A program made the translations under genes and the position numbers. DNA of 64,000 nucleotides, taken from the IMG/VR virus record IMGVR_UViG_3300007351_000001; one strand, written 5' to 3'. This DNA is from a virus (taxonomy: Duplodnaviria; Heunggongvirae; Uroviricota; Caudoviricetes). Under the pieces are notes generated by a model that saw only the letters and a program-made list of their open reading frames with translations, had not been told where the DNA came from and did no database searches. Positions 7,457 through 15,849 of this stretch are shown here, in pieces; within the stretch, counting starts at the first letter, position 1; every line of letters begins with the position of its first letter.

Positions 7457-9057
7457 GCGACCTCCTCAGTACCCGGCACAGGCACGCCGTCCGGGACCGA
7501 GATCGTCTCCTCGATCACCGCGCGGTTGATGTGGGTTTCCTTGCCCCACTTCGCATCTTCCTTGTGCTCGACCGGCGTCGCCTTCACCTTGTAGACGCCA
7601 CCGATGACCAGCTCGCTGATGTAGCGCGTCGAGAACCACGTCAGGCGGTTCCCGCCTTCGTCGGCGAAGCCGTAGATGTGCTTGGTGCCGAAGCCGGTCT
7701 CGTAGCTGTGGTGGCGCAGGAGAGTGAGGACGAACACCGCGCGTTTCTTCAACGTGCCGACCCACTCGCGCGTCAGCGCGGCTTTCTTCTCGCGTTCGAT
7801 GCCCGCCGCGCGTTCCAGCTCGCGCTCGTAGGTCGCGATGATCGAACAGGCGAGCCCGGCGTTCTTGTGCGTGACGTAGCCGATGCGGCAGACCTGGGCG
7901 ATGTTGAAGAAGTAGTCGTTCAGGTTGTCCTGCTCGATCAGCGACTGCGCCCAGGCGAGCGCGCCCTCGGCCTTCGCGTCGTCGATCGCCGCCACGTAGG
8001 CGTCGTGCGCTCGCTGCCCGTCCTTGTCACGCGGGTGCGGCTCGATGGCGCAGAACACGTTGCTGACTGTCGAAGAGTAGTGGCGCTGGTGCTCGCCCGT
8101 GCGGCCTTCGATCTCGTCGGCCTTGGCGTTCAGCTCGCGCGCTTTCTTCACCGACGTCCAGCCGTCGATGGCGATCGCGCCGGTGGTGAAGCGCAGGAAG
8201 TAGTCGAGGCTCCAGCGGCGCTCGCGCCGGCTCCCGCCGCCCAGGCCCTCGAACTCGCGCGCGATGTCGGCGGCGCTCAAGATGGTTTCGAGGATGCGGG
8301 CGACGTTCTCCGGGTTCTGGTGGCCGAGGAAGTCGGCGACACACTGCCGGCCCACCTGCACGCGCTTGCCCTCGTCGTGCTGGCAGACGAAGGTCTCCAG
8401 GCGGAAACGCTTGGTCTTGCAGTGGTCGCAGTCGGGGTGCGCGTCGCGATACTCGGGCAGCTCGAAGCCCGGCACAGCGCGCAGGAAGGTGACCGTCGTG
8501 CCGTCGTCGGCGCGCTGGTGATCGAGCGTGCCGATGAACGACCAGCCGGCGAACTTCGGTGCCTCGCCGATGACCTGGATCGAGTGGACGATCTTGACCT
8601 CGCCGCTCCACTCCGCGTCGCGATGGGTGGCGGTGACCTGCCGCCCTTCCTTGTCGCGGTAGATCTTGAACTCTTTGGTGTCGACCTCGACGAGGACGAT
8701 CGGCTTGGCGCCGAGCTTCGCCGCGCGCTTGTTCAGCTTGGCGATCTTCTCGTGCAGCGCGGCCAGGTTCTCGTCGGGGATCTCGAACACCGTGCGGCCG
8801 GCGAAGTCCTCGGCCAGCGGCAGCCCGGACTCGACCGGGCAGATGACATGCAGGATCGCCGAGACGTTGCCGTCGGGGTCGACGACGTCAGCGGGCTCGC
8901 CGTCATGGACGTAGACGTGGCCCTTGCCGGACCAGGTCTCGAACGACACCGTCACGCCATCGTCGCCCTCGCGACAGCTGACGTTGCGGTACCCACCCTC
9001 CGAGCGCAGCAGCTCGGCATACGTCTCAGCCAACCCGATGTCAGTAGGAGTCGCCAT
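7453..9057 (-). CDS. large hypothetical protein (534 aa) with internal CxxC...CDHC zinc-finger-like motif
   Basis: Long uninterrupted ORF. Start ATG at 9055-9057 (MATPTDIG) sits directly downstream of motif copy 3. Confidence 0.8.
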   Translation of the reverse strand: MATPTDIGLAETYAELLRSEGGYRNVSCREGDDGVTVSFETWSGKGHVYVHDGEPADVVDPDGNVSAILHVICPVESGLPLAEDFAGRTVFEIPDENLAALHEKIAKLNKRAAKLGAKPIVLVEVDTKEFKIYRDKEGRQVTATHRDAEWSGEVKIVHSIQVIGEAPKFAGWSFIGTLDHQRADDGTTVTFLRAVPGFELPEYRDAHPDCDHCKTKRFRLETFVCQHDEGKRVQVGRQCVADFLGHQNPENVARILETILSAADIAREFEGLGGGSRRERRWSLDYFLRFTTGAIAIDGWTSVKKARELNAKADEIEGRTGEHQRHYSSTVSNVFCAIEPHPRDKDGQRAHDAYVAAIDDAKAEGALAWAQSLIEQDNLNDYFFNIAQVCRIGYVTHKNAGLACSIIATYERELERAAGIEREKKAALTREWVGTLKKRAVFVLTLLRHHSYETGFGTKHIYGFADEGGNRLTWFSTRYISELVIGGVYKVKATPVEHKEDAKWGKETHINRAVIEETISVPDGVPVPGTEEVA

Positions 9058-9090
9058 ATCGGCGCAAAGGTGCGAGGACCGTGCCAACCA
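9058..9090 (-). promoter_or_regulatory. sigma54-like conserved promoter motif, copy 3 (TTGGCAC-ggtcc-TCGCAC-CTTTGCGCCGAT then ATG)
   Basis: GTGCCA 9081-9086 and GTGCGA 9070-9075 on plus strand. Lies between divergent starts of 7453..9057 and 9081..9395. Confidence 0.6.
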
Positions 9091-9395
9091 GAGCGAACTA
9101 CACCCTGAAAATCGTCTTCCACCACGGGAAGGATCGCATCATCCCGGACGTCATCGAGTACGTCGGCGGCTGGCGGTACCTCTTTGTCGCCACGGCCGAC
9201 CAGGACCGGGACACGCTCCGTATCCCGCGCCGGAAGATCCGTCAGATCTACCGCCAGCACGGCGGGCCGGACGCCGACTGGTTCCCGGTCGTGCTGCGCA
9301 AGCCGCGGTTCCAAGCCCAGGCATCCGGCGACCTCGACGCACGCCGGCAGCAGATCACTGACCGCTTTCGGCCGCGTCCAAAGGCGCCAGCTTGA
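9081..9395 (+). CDS. hypothetical protein (104 aa), divergent from the flanking minus-strand genes
   Basis: Protein-like frame (YTLKIVFHHGKDRIIPDVIEYVGGWRYLF). The GTG start coincides with the GTGCCA of the motif. Convergent 40-nt overlap with 9355..9867. Confidence 0.4.
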   Translation: MPTRANYTLKIVFHHGKDRIIPDVIEYVGGWRYLFVATADQDRDTLRIPRRKIRQIYRQHGGPDADWFPVVLRKPRFQAQASGDLDARRQQITDRFRPRPKAPA

Positions 9396-9867
9396 AGCTG
9401 CCCCCGACGCGCTGTGCCCACTGCGTAGTGTAGACCTCGCCGCGGGCGCGGTGCACGGCGGTGACGAACTCTTCAAGCGTCGTGCCGGCGAAGATGGCGA
9501 CGATGGGCTCGCCTTCTTGGTTGTGGCCGGTGTGCAAGCAAGCCGGCGCCGCGTGGTCGTTCAAGCGCACGAGGATCCAGCCCTCGGTGTCGGCGAGCCA
9601 CGGCACCATCCGCCGCGTGTTGATGTCCTCGACCGACCACGGCGTGTTCGAGTGCTGATCAGCTGGCGTTTCCAGGTCGCCGTCAAAGGCGACCTTCACC
9701 AGCTCGTACGGCACGCCGCCGGAGAGATTGGGCAAGCCGGCGTTGTGCTCGTACGGTGCATCGTCCCAATCGTCGCCGCGGATCGAGTCGACGGGGGCCG
9801 TGGTGAAGAACGCCCACGGCCCCTTCACAAAGACGAGCTTCAGTTCACGTGGATCGCTTACGGGCAT
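9355..9867 (-). CDS. hypothetical protein (~170 aa)
   Basis: Trimmed to ATG at 9865-9867 (MPVSDPRELKLVF...), protein-like. Confidence 0.65.
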   Translation of the reverse strand: MPVSDPRELKLVFVKGPWAFFTTAPVDSIRGDDWDDAPYEHNAGLPNLSGGVPYELVKVAFDGDLETPADQHSNTPWSVEDINTRRMVPWLADTEGWILVRLNDHAAPACLHTGHNQEGEPIVAIFAGTTLEEFVTAVHRARGEVYTTQWAQRVGGSFKLAPLDAAESGQ

Positions 9868-10396
9868 CTGCAGACTTCTTGAATGCCCGTAAAGTATGCC
9901 GGGTCGGCCACCGTTGCGCAACCGCATTTGCAGCGACCAGCTCCCAGCTCGGTTTGGCCGCGTGTTCGGGGAGCAAGAAGCGCAGGGCGCCGGTTGGCAG
10001 TTGGATCACGTTGAGCGCAGCAGGGTCTGCGATGCAGACGCGATACGCCTTGGTGTACGCGAGCCGGCGCCGCGGCAGGTGCAGCCGCACCGGTACGCCC
10101 TCCGCGTAGAGCCCACCGTAGCCGTTCGAGCCGAAGGACAGCTCGTACTTCTGCGCCTCTGCGGCAGCGGCGAGCGTGCGCCAGGCCTTGGACTTGCGCT
10201 TCATCCAGCGAGCACGTGGGCGCGCCGTACGCGCGGTTTGGCGCACTGCGCTCCGCGCGGCTTCCCAGATCTCCTTCAACCCGTAGCGCTGCAGCATCTG
10301 GCTCGCGGCTTCACGTGTCCGCAGCCCCGCCTGATCCGCGATCGCTTGGAGTGTCAGCCCCCGTTTCGCGCAGCTCTGGGCCTGCGCGCGGGTCAT
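9845..10396 (-). CDS. HTH DNA-binding protein (183 aa), sigma region-4-like N-terminal HTH
   Basis: MTRAQAQSCAKRGLTLQAIADQAGLRTREAASQMLQRYGL; ATG at 10394-10396 with GAGGAGG RBS; paralogous to the next gene. Confidence 0.65.
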   Translation of the reverse strand: MTRAQAQSCAKRGLTLQAIADQAGLRTREAASQMLQRYGLKEIWEAARSAVRQTARTARPRARWMKRKSKAWRTLAAAAEAQKYELSFGSNGYGGLYAEGVPVRLHLPRRRLAYTKAYRVCIADPAALNVIQLPTGALRFLLPEHAAKPSWELVAANAVAQRWPTRHTLRAFKKSADARKRST

Positions 10397-11033
10397 GCTT
10401 TTCTTCCCCACCACAACCTCCTCCACCTCGTTCGGCGCCCGCCTCGGGCGCACTCTCATCCGCGACCGCTCGCCACGCTTCTCGAATGCGTGCGGCCGTC
10501 GGCCATCGTTCCGCCGGCAATCTCCCCTCACGAAAATACCGATACCGTGGTCCGATCTCGTCTGGCAGCACGAAATAGCGTCGTTTGTCTGGAAACACAA
10601 CGACATGGAGCGCGCGGCTCTTGATGTGGATGTGGAAGTACCGGGCCGCGGCCCGCGCCTCACCGTACGCGTACGACTTCGCCACGACGTGCACCCGCAC
10701 CGGACCGCCCTCGATGGTGACGCTGGCATTTGTCGAGCGCACGGTGAGGCCGTGCGCAACGGCGTCGTCAACGAGCCGGCGCAACTCGGCGCCGTTGCGC
10801 TGCCCGCGCTTACGCGAGAGCGTCTTGTTCAGTGTGCTCGTCGCGCGCTCGACCCGTCGCTGCGACTGCCAGCGCGGATAGACGCCGTGCTTCACGAGCA
10901 GTTGACGAGCGCGTTCCCCCGTGACACCCAACCGCGCACCGAGGGTGCGCAAGTCTGGTACGGGCCGTTCATCAACTGCAGCGAGGATCAGGGTACGGGC
11001 GTCGCGCTTACCACCGCCCCCGGACGTAGTCAT
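10311..11033 (-). CDS. HTH DNA-binding protein, paralogue of 9845..10396 (~240 aa)
   Basis: DLRTLGARLGVTGERARQLLVKHGV HTH, then a domain similar to the neighbour (GGPVRVHVVAKSYAYGEARAAARYFHIHI vs GVPVRLHLPRRRLAYTKAYRVCI). C-terminal ~28 codons overlap the next gene. Confidence 0.6.
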   Translation of the reverse strand: MTTSGGGGKRDARTLILAAVDERPVPDLRTLGARLGVTGERARQLLVKHGVYPRWQSQRRVERATSTLNKTLSRKRGQRNGAELRRLVDDAVAHGLTVRSTNASVTIEGGPVRVHVVAKSYAYGEARAAARYFHIHIKSRALHVVVFPDKRRYFVLPDEIGPRYRYFREGRLPAERWPTAARIREAWRAVADESAPEAGAERGGGGCGGEEKHDPRAGPELRETGADTPSDRGSGGAADT

Positions 11034-11599
11034 TGTAGGTCCACCGTTGTCCCGATCGGTGGTCGACCACGCCGTCCGATCGAATCGTCCGACGTTTGTC
11101 GCCGCGCATGCCGGAGCCGATCTGTTGCCGGCGCTCCGTCTGCCGGGCCGTGGCGTGCGACTGCTGTAGGCGCTCCCACAACCGCGCTCGCAGGACGGTG
11201 AGTGTTCTGATGCTGGGAACGCTCCGACTCGATGCGCACGCGCACCTGTGTCGGGCGGTGGGTCATCTGGATAGCGGAGGCGGTCTTGTTGCGGTGCTGC
11301 CCGCCGGGGCCGGACCCCGTGGTCGCGATGACGTCGAGGTCGTCGTCCCGAATGACGAGCTGCGGCGCACTCGGCTCGGCGAGTACGGCGACGGTGATGG
11401 TGCTCGTCTGAACACGCCCGCGCCGTTCGGTCGGCGGCACGCGTTGCCAACGATGCCCGCCCGCTTCGTGCATGAACACAGTCTCGGCGTTTGGTCCGGT
11501 CACGCGTAGGATCGTGCTACCTGACCGCCGGTCGATGACAGTGCAGTCAAAGACAGTGGTGTTGCGCGAGGCGGGCGTAAATGCCCGCTTGATCGTCAA
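11030..11599 (-). CDS. peptide chain release factor RF1-like protein lacking domain 1 (189 aa; GGQ motif, PxT-type tripeptide PPT)
   Basis: FMHEAGGHRWQRVPPTERRGRVQTSTITVAVLAE and DLDVIATTGSGPGGQHRNKTASAIQMTHRPTQVRVRIESERSQHQN align with RF1 domains 2-4. TTG start at 11599; GAAGGAGGAG lies 18 nt upstream. Confidence 0.7.
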   Translation of the reverse strand: MTIKRAFTPASRNTTVFDCTVIDRRSGSTILRVTGPNAETVFMHEAGGHRWQRVPPTERRGRVQTSTITVAVLAEPSAPQLVIRDDDLDVIATTGSGPGGQHRNKTASAIQMTHRPTQVRVRIESERSQHQNTHRPASAVVGAPTAVARHGPADGAPATDRLRHARRQTSDDSIGRRGRPPIGTTVDLQ

Positions 11600-11613
11600 C
11601 GAGGAGCTTGGCG

Positions 11614-11853
11614 TCAGCTCCTCCTTCTGCGGCTCGAATCTCCAAGATCATCCTCGGCCTCTCCTATCCCGTGTTGAATGCTGTCCTCAGCCATCTGCCA
11701 CGCCATGGCGCGCATTGACACCGTAGCATGCTGGACCGGCATGCGAGCGGCTTTACAGAGATCCGTCAAGTGCTCGCGATAGAACCGTTCCAGGACCTGG
11801 CGGCGTCCCACTCGTCGACGCCGCCAGGTCCAGAGTTGTTGGAGCCACTTCAC
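11614..11853 (-). CDS. hypothetical protein (79 aa)
   Basis: ORF track only; weak. Confidence 0.35.
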   Translation of the reverse strand: MKWLQQLWTWRRRRVGRRQVLERFYREHLTDLCKAARMPVQHATVSMRAMAWQMAEDSIQHGIGEAEDDLGDSSRRRRS

Positions 11854-12527
11854 GCGCCGGAAGAACTGTTCGCGGCGAGTGATGGGCTGTGTGCGTCCGT
11901 GGCCGGCAGCGGCTGCGTACTCTGCCCCGCGTCCACTGCTGGCGAGAACGTAGGGTCCAGTGCCGGCGGCGCGCTCTCCTGATCGCGCGTGTCAGGGGTG
12001 TCGGTGGCCGCGGGATCCGCTGGCTTCGGTGCCTCGACGATCTTTCCGTTCACCTTCGGCGCGTAGAGGTTGCTGACCACGTACACGCCCTTGCGCTCGA
12101 TCACGACCTCGCCCGCTTCGACCATGCGGTAGAAGGTCCCCTTGACGACGTTCATGTCACGCAGCCCCATGCCGAAGTGCTTCAGCTCGTCGGTAGTGAA
12201 GCGCTTCTTGCCGTCGGCCGCTTCCGTCATCCCGTCCATCCAGGTGCGAAGCTGCCCCAGGTACGGACGCTCGGCGTACGGCATGCCGCGGCTGAACTTG
12301 CGGCTCGTCTTGCGCGTGCCCGGTGGTGCGCTGGCACGCGGTGCCGGCGACGCTGCGGCCGTACTCGGTGTCCCGCCGATCAGCGCCTGCATCTCATCGA
12401 GGCACTCTTGCGCCTTCGCGCGGTGCCCGGCAGCGATGAGGTCGTGCTCTTCTGCCTTGAGCGTGTGCTGCTGTAGCTCGCGAGAGAGCTTCTCGATCCT
12501 CGCCGCGCGCTCGCTTCCCTCAGCCAT
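11850..12527 (-). CDS. hypothetical protein with N-terminal coiled coil and disordered Pro/Ala/Ser tail (~225 aa)
   Basis: ATG at 12525-12527 (MAEGSERAARIEKLSREL...). Confidence 0.6.
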   Translation of the reverse strand: MAEGSERAARIEKLSRELQQHTLKAEEHDLIAAGHRAKAQECLDEMQALIGGTPSTAAASPAPRASAPPGTRKTSRKFSRGMPYAERPYLGQLRTWMDGMTEAADGKKRFTTDELKHFGMGLRDMNVVKGTFYRMVEAGEVVIERKGVYVVSNLYAPKVNGKIVEAPKPADPAATDTPDTRDQESAPPALDPTFSPAVDAGQSTQPLPATDAHSPSLAANSSSGA

Positions 12528-12587
12528 GTCTCTACCCCCCACGTGAAAGTGTGGGGCACCATAGCGCACGCGGACGGAGATTGTAAA

Positions 12588-12992
12588 TCAGTGCGGATGG
12601 GCGATGAAGATGTAGACCTTGATCCGTCGCCAGCTCGCCTTCCCTGTGCCGGAAGTGGTGTGCACCGTCCTGGACGTGCGGATGACGTCGAAGGTTACGC
12701 CGATGAGACGGTGAACTTGGTGAAGGATCTCACGGAGGCGGTTCAGCGGCAACGAGATGGTGAAGTGCCGGGTGCTCCATTCAGCGTGGTGCCCATTGCG
12801 TGCGCGCACGGCGCAGGCGGCGATCCCACCCGCCGCGTGCGCGCAATACGGATCGTCCGTGAACATCTCCGCGAAGCGGCGAACGAACATGGTATCGCCC
12901 AAAGAGAAGTCGCCCACCTTCGCGACGAATGGCGGCTGCTCGTAGTACCGCCACCGTCGCGTGCGAGCAGTTGGGATTTGCCCGCGTCTCAC
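12588..12992 (-). CDS. hypothetical protein (134 aa)
   Basis: ORF track; GTG start overlaps stop of 12989..13507 (GTGA). Confidence 0.55.
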   Translation of the reverse strand: MRRGQIPTARTRRWRYYEQPPFVAKVGDFSLGDTMFVRRFAEMFTDDPYCAHAAGGIAACAVRARNGHHAEWSTRHFTISLPLNRLREILHQVHRLIGVTFDVIRTSRTVHTTSGTGKASWRRIKVYIFIAHPH

Positions 12993-13507
12993 TTCTCCAT
13001 CAGCTTCCTGATCGCATCGACGATCTGCTCACCGACCTGCAACGCTCGTGCGTGCTCAGGATTCGCCGTGTCTGCCGGGTTCTGCAGCTGCTCGATCACC
13101 ACCTTCCACCGCTCGGCTGGGCTGGCTGGCGCGTAGCCAGCCTTCGCCAGCGCTTGCAGCTCGTCGCGGTACCCGTCAGGAACGGAGAACGCGACCGTGG
13201 CGTACGTAGCGTCGAACGAGTCGTCGGCGTCGCGCAGGTAGTTCGGGTGCCGCGGTAGGTGGTGCGTGATGCAGCAAGCCGGGCAGCGGCACCCGAGGCC
13301 CGGCGGCGTACCGTCCTCACTGTAGTGCTCGCGGTTGCCTCCACCGTTGCGCGTGTAGAGATGGATCTCCGTGCCGTCGGGAGACAGGAAGCAGTCGCGG
13401 AACCGACCGACCGGCCACTCACCATTGTTGTGAGGATCGAGACCGAGCAGCGGGAGCAGGACCCCAGCCAGCTGATCGAACCCGAAGATCGCGTTGTACA
13501 TGCTCAT
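12989..13507 (-). CDS. hypothetical Cys-containing protein (~172 aa)
   Basis: Trimmed to MSMYNAIFGFDQL...; upstream ORF portion is Arg-rich junk; ATGA overlap with 13504..13740. Confidence 0.65.
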   Translation of the reverse strand: MSMYNAIFGFDQLAGVLLPLLGLDPHNNGEWPVGRFRDCFLSPDGTEIHLYTRNGGGNREHYSEDGTPPGLGCRCPACCITHHLPRHPNYLRDADDSFDATYATVAFSVPDGYRDELQALAKAGYAPASPAERWKVVIEQLQNPADTANPEHARALQVGEQIVDAIRKLMEK

Positions 13508-13740
13508 GAGGTCAACACCAGGCCGTCGGCGACCATGCCCTCGGCAAGGTCGCCAGCATAGCGGTGGTCGACCGCGAAGCCGTTGCCCAGCCACTGCCAG
13601 TCCTCCAACTGAACGTTGTCGCGCACCCAGTCGCGGGCCGCGTCGGTGTTCGGCGTGAACAGTACGACGCTGCCGTCGTTCAGCACGGAGACGTCGGGCT
13701 CGGTCTGGGGCGGGACACTCGTCTTCTTCGTCTTCGGCAT
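13504..13740 (-). CDS. hypothetical protein (78 aa)
   Basis: ATG at 13738-13740 (MPKTKKTSVPP...), downstream of motif copy 4 and an AGGAGG RBS. Confidence 0.6.
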   Translation of the reverse strand: MPKTKKTSVPPQTEPDVSVLNDGSVVLFTPNTDAARDWVRDNVQLEDWQWLGNGFAVDHRYAGDLAEGMVADGLVLTS

Positions 13741-13790
13741 AGGGCACCTCCTACCGGTGCAAACCTGCGAATCGCGTGCCAGCACGATCG
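13741..13790 (-). promoter_or_regulatory. sigma54-like conserved promoter motif, copy 4 (CTGGCAC-gcgat-TCGCAG-GTTTGCACCGGTAGGAGG)
   Basis: GTGCCA ~13776-13781 and CTGCGA ~13765-13770 on plus strand; followed by RBS and ATG of 13504..13740. Confidence 0.55.
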
Positions 13791-13858
13791 TGGTCATATC
13801 GCGATTGACCGTCAGAGATCTACAGGTTTAGTCTCACAGCCTCTCCTCCCTCCGGCCA

Positions 13859-13905
13859 GCCAATGCCCTCACGTGCTCTCGGGCGCGTGGGGGCATTGGC
13901 GTTTT
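13859..13905 (+). terminator. GC-rich hairpin (GCCAATGCCC...GGGCATTGGC) followed by GTTTTC; terminator-like
   Basis: 10-bp perfect inverted repeat with ~22-nt loop, T-run on plus strand only; lies at the end of the leftward gene block. Confidence 0.3.
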
Positions 13906-14023
13906 CAGGGCTTGACCTCGCACGAGACACGCTGCTACCAGAGGACACGACAGGGGCAACCCAAACACACGTCGACCAACTGCACGCCGCCGTCGAGCCT
14001 CCCACTCGGCGGCGGTGCTGCAT

Positions 14024-14191
14024 TTAGGGCCGGAAAATCGGCACTGGTCGGCGGATGTCGGTGATGACACGAGCGATCTGCACGCGGTACTCCAGTTTGC
14101 ACCGTGGGCACTCGATCTCGCCGCCGCCGTCGAGTAAGTGCGGCAGTTCTACGAAGGTTCCACACCAGGGGCACTCGATCTTCGTCGCCAT
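14024..14191 (-). CDS. zinc-ribbon small protein (55 aa; CPWC...CPRC), absent from ORF track (<60 aa)
   Basis: ATG rc at 14189-14191 with GAAGGAGAG RBS. Translation: MATKIECPWCGTFVELPHLLDGGGEIECPRCKLEYRVQIARVITDIRRPVPIFRP. Confidence 0.6.
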   Translation of the reverse strand: MATKIECPWCGTFVELPHLLDGGGEIECPRCKLEYRVQIARVITDIRRPVPIFRP

Positions 14192-14396
14192 GATCTCTCC
14201 TTCTGTCCCAAAAGACGTCGGACGGGCTGTGGATCTGACACCTCACTTCTCCATACGCGGACGCGTGACGGCTTCTATGTCGGCTCCCGCGTGCCACCCC
14301 TCACCTACCTATTCCGGCCAGGAACGGGTTTTCGTGGAAGCGGCCAAAAGATTCTGGTAGGGCAGGTGGCCGAGCGAGCGTGAAAGGGGTGTGCTG

Positions 14397-15209
14397 ATGG
14401 CGTCCGTGGCGGTGGGAATCGTCGGGTACAACGATCCTGGAATGCTTGGGCAGACGTTGGACGCCGTCATGGCGACCGTCGCGTCCGATGTGCCGGTTTT
14501 CGTCTACGACGACGCGTCGTGGGCGGCGAACGTGCGGATGATCTCGCAGCGTCCCGAGTCGAAGGTCTTCTTCGACAACCCGTGGGTGGATCCCAACAAC
14601 CCGCCAGGCTTTTACCATGCGCACATCCCGAAGCTGTCGGTGATCGCGAGCCCAGTGAACCGTGGCTCCGCGTACGGCCGCAACGAGCTGTGGCACGCCG
14701 CGGAGTTCTACGGCATCGAGCGCATGGCGACGATCGACATGGACATGCGCGTGCATCCGGGCTGGTTGGACGCGCTCATGGGCGTGATGGACCGCCACGA
14801 CGACTGCGGCATCTCCACCTTCACCTACTGCAACGATCACGGCGGGCGCTTCCCGGTCACCCCGGCCGGCCAGGACCTGAAAGTCGCCGAGACTCCGTCG
14901 ATGTGTTGGCTCGTGCGGATCGCGATGCTGAACGACTGTCTCGGGCCGGACACGGTCTGGGGCATGGACACGCGAATGGAGTTGTTCTCGCACGACTCTG
15001 AGTTCTCGCAGCGGATGAAGCGCTGCTCGCGCTGGCGTCAGTATCTGAGCCCGGAGCCGCTCATCAGCGAGTTCGTTCAGCACCACAGCGTGAAGACCGG
15101 CAACAGTGTCACCTCGGCCGAGGCCGCGGCGCGGCGGGAGCGCGACTGCAAGATCTGGGGCGAGATGAACGGCAAGCGCGGCTGGGAAGACGGCAAGACC
15201 GACGTGTGA
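14397..15209 (+). CDS. glycosyltransferase family 2 (GT-A fold)
   Basis: VGIVGYNDPGMLGQTLDAVMATVASDVPVFVYDDAS N-terminal GT2 signature with DxD-like motifs; AAAGGGG RBS before ATG 14397. Confidence 0.75.
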   Translation: MASVAVGIVGYNDPGMLGQTLDAVMATVASDVPVFVYDDASWAANVRMISQRPESKVFFDNPWVDPNNPPGFYHAHIPKLSVIASPVNRGSAYGRNELWHAAEFYGIERMATIDMDMRVHPGWLDALMGVMDRHDDCGISTFTYCNDHGGRFPVTPAGQDLKVAETPSMCWLVRIAMLNDCLGPDTVWGMDTRMELFSHDSEFSQRMKRCSRWRQYLSPEPLISEFVQHHSVKTGNSVTSAEAAARRERDCKIWGEMNGKRGWEDGKTDV

Positions 15210-15481
15210 GCCTTGTGGCCCGCCAACCCAACACCGCCGGCTGGCACCTCGTGTACAGCTCGTTCGACTCGCTGGAGAACCACCACAGCGACGCTGTGGT
15301 GCAGACCTGGGAGACTCTCTCGCTGTCGAGCCTCGCCGAGCATGCGCAGGCGCGCTCGACCGCCACTGCGCGGTGGCGCTCCCTTCTCTCCCACCGGTAC
15401 GCGGGCTGGGACGATACGCTCTACCCGCGTGACCCGAGACTCGTCTACGTCGACGATCTCGCGTTCATGAGCGGGGAATGA
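15206..15481 (+). CDS. hypothetical protein (91 aa)
   Basis: GTG start overlapping preceding stop; plausible composition. Confidence 0.5.
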   Translation: MSLVARQPNTAGWHLVYSSFDSLENHHSDAVVQTWETLSLSSLAEHAQARSTATARWRSLLSHRYAGWDDTLYPRDPRLVYVDDLAFMSGE

Positions 15482-15849
15482 GCCGGCGCGCGATCGAGGA
15501 CCGGCTCTTCAGGCCGGGGCAGGTCGGGTACGCGTCCCAGCGTTGCGGTGATTGCCGGCGACCGATCGCTGGCTTCGAGCCTCTGTACCATCGCGGCCAA
15601 CGCATCTGCGTACGCTGCTATCTCCGTGCGGAGGCCGACTATTACGGCAGCGGACGCTGCGGCGGGTGCGAGCACTGCGGGTCGTTCGACTACGTGTTCA
15701 CGCCGACAGCGCAGTACCCTAGCCGACCTGTCCCGATGACGTGCGAGGAGTACGAGGCTGGTGGTGGAGGTGGTTGTGGAGCGGCGGACAGCGATGTGGC
15801 GCATGTGCCCCGTGTGCCGGCTGAAGGTGCAGAACCACAAAGATGGTGA
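15478..15849 (+). CDS. Cys-rich hypothetical protein (123 aa; several CxxC pairs); C-terminal Gly run may mark a frame change
   Basis: ATGA overlap with previous gene; QRCGDCRR, CVRCY, CGGCEHCGS motifs; tail after EYEAGGGGG is low-complexity. Confidence 0.45.
   Translation: MSRRAIEDRLFRPGQVGYASQRCGDCRRPIAGFEPLYHRGQRICVRCYLRAEADYYGSGRCGGCEHCGSFDYVFTPTAQYPSRPVPMTCEEYEAGGGGGCGAADSDVAHVPRVPAEGAEPQRW

Noticed and set aside
7438-9108. Very long antisense ORFs (e.g. 7438..9108 +, 556 aa; 35883..37319 -, 478 aa; 61242..62840 -, 532 aa)
   Set aside because: They lie opposite convincing genes, have Arg/Ala/Val/Asp-rich low-complexity translations and lack RBSs. They are typical shadow ORFs of high-GC DNA.
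14192-14396. TGGCAC at ~14300 (minus strand) in the divergent region upstream of the first glycosyltransferase as a seventh motif copy
   Set aside because: The downstream element is AGCCG with GC displaced by one position, and the TTTGTnCCGGT extension is absent. The same holds for other isolated TGGCAC hits inside CDSs (e.g. 27770, 53026, 61785, 62560).
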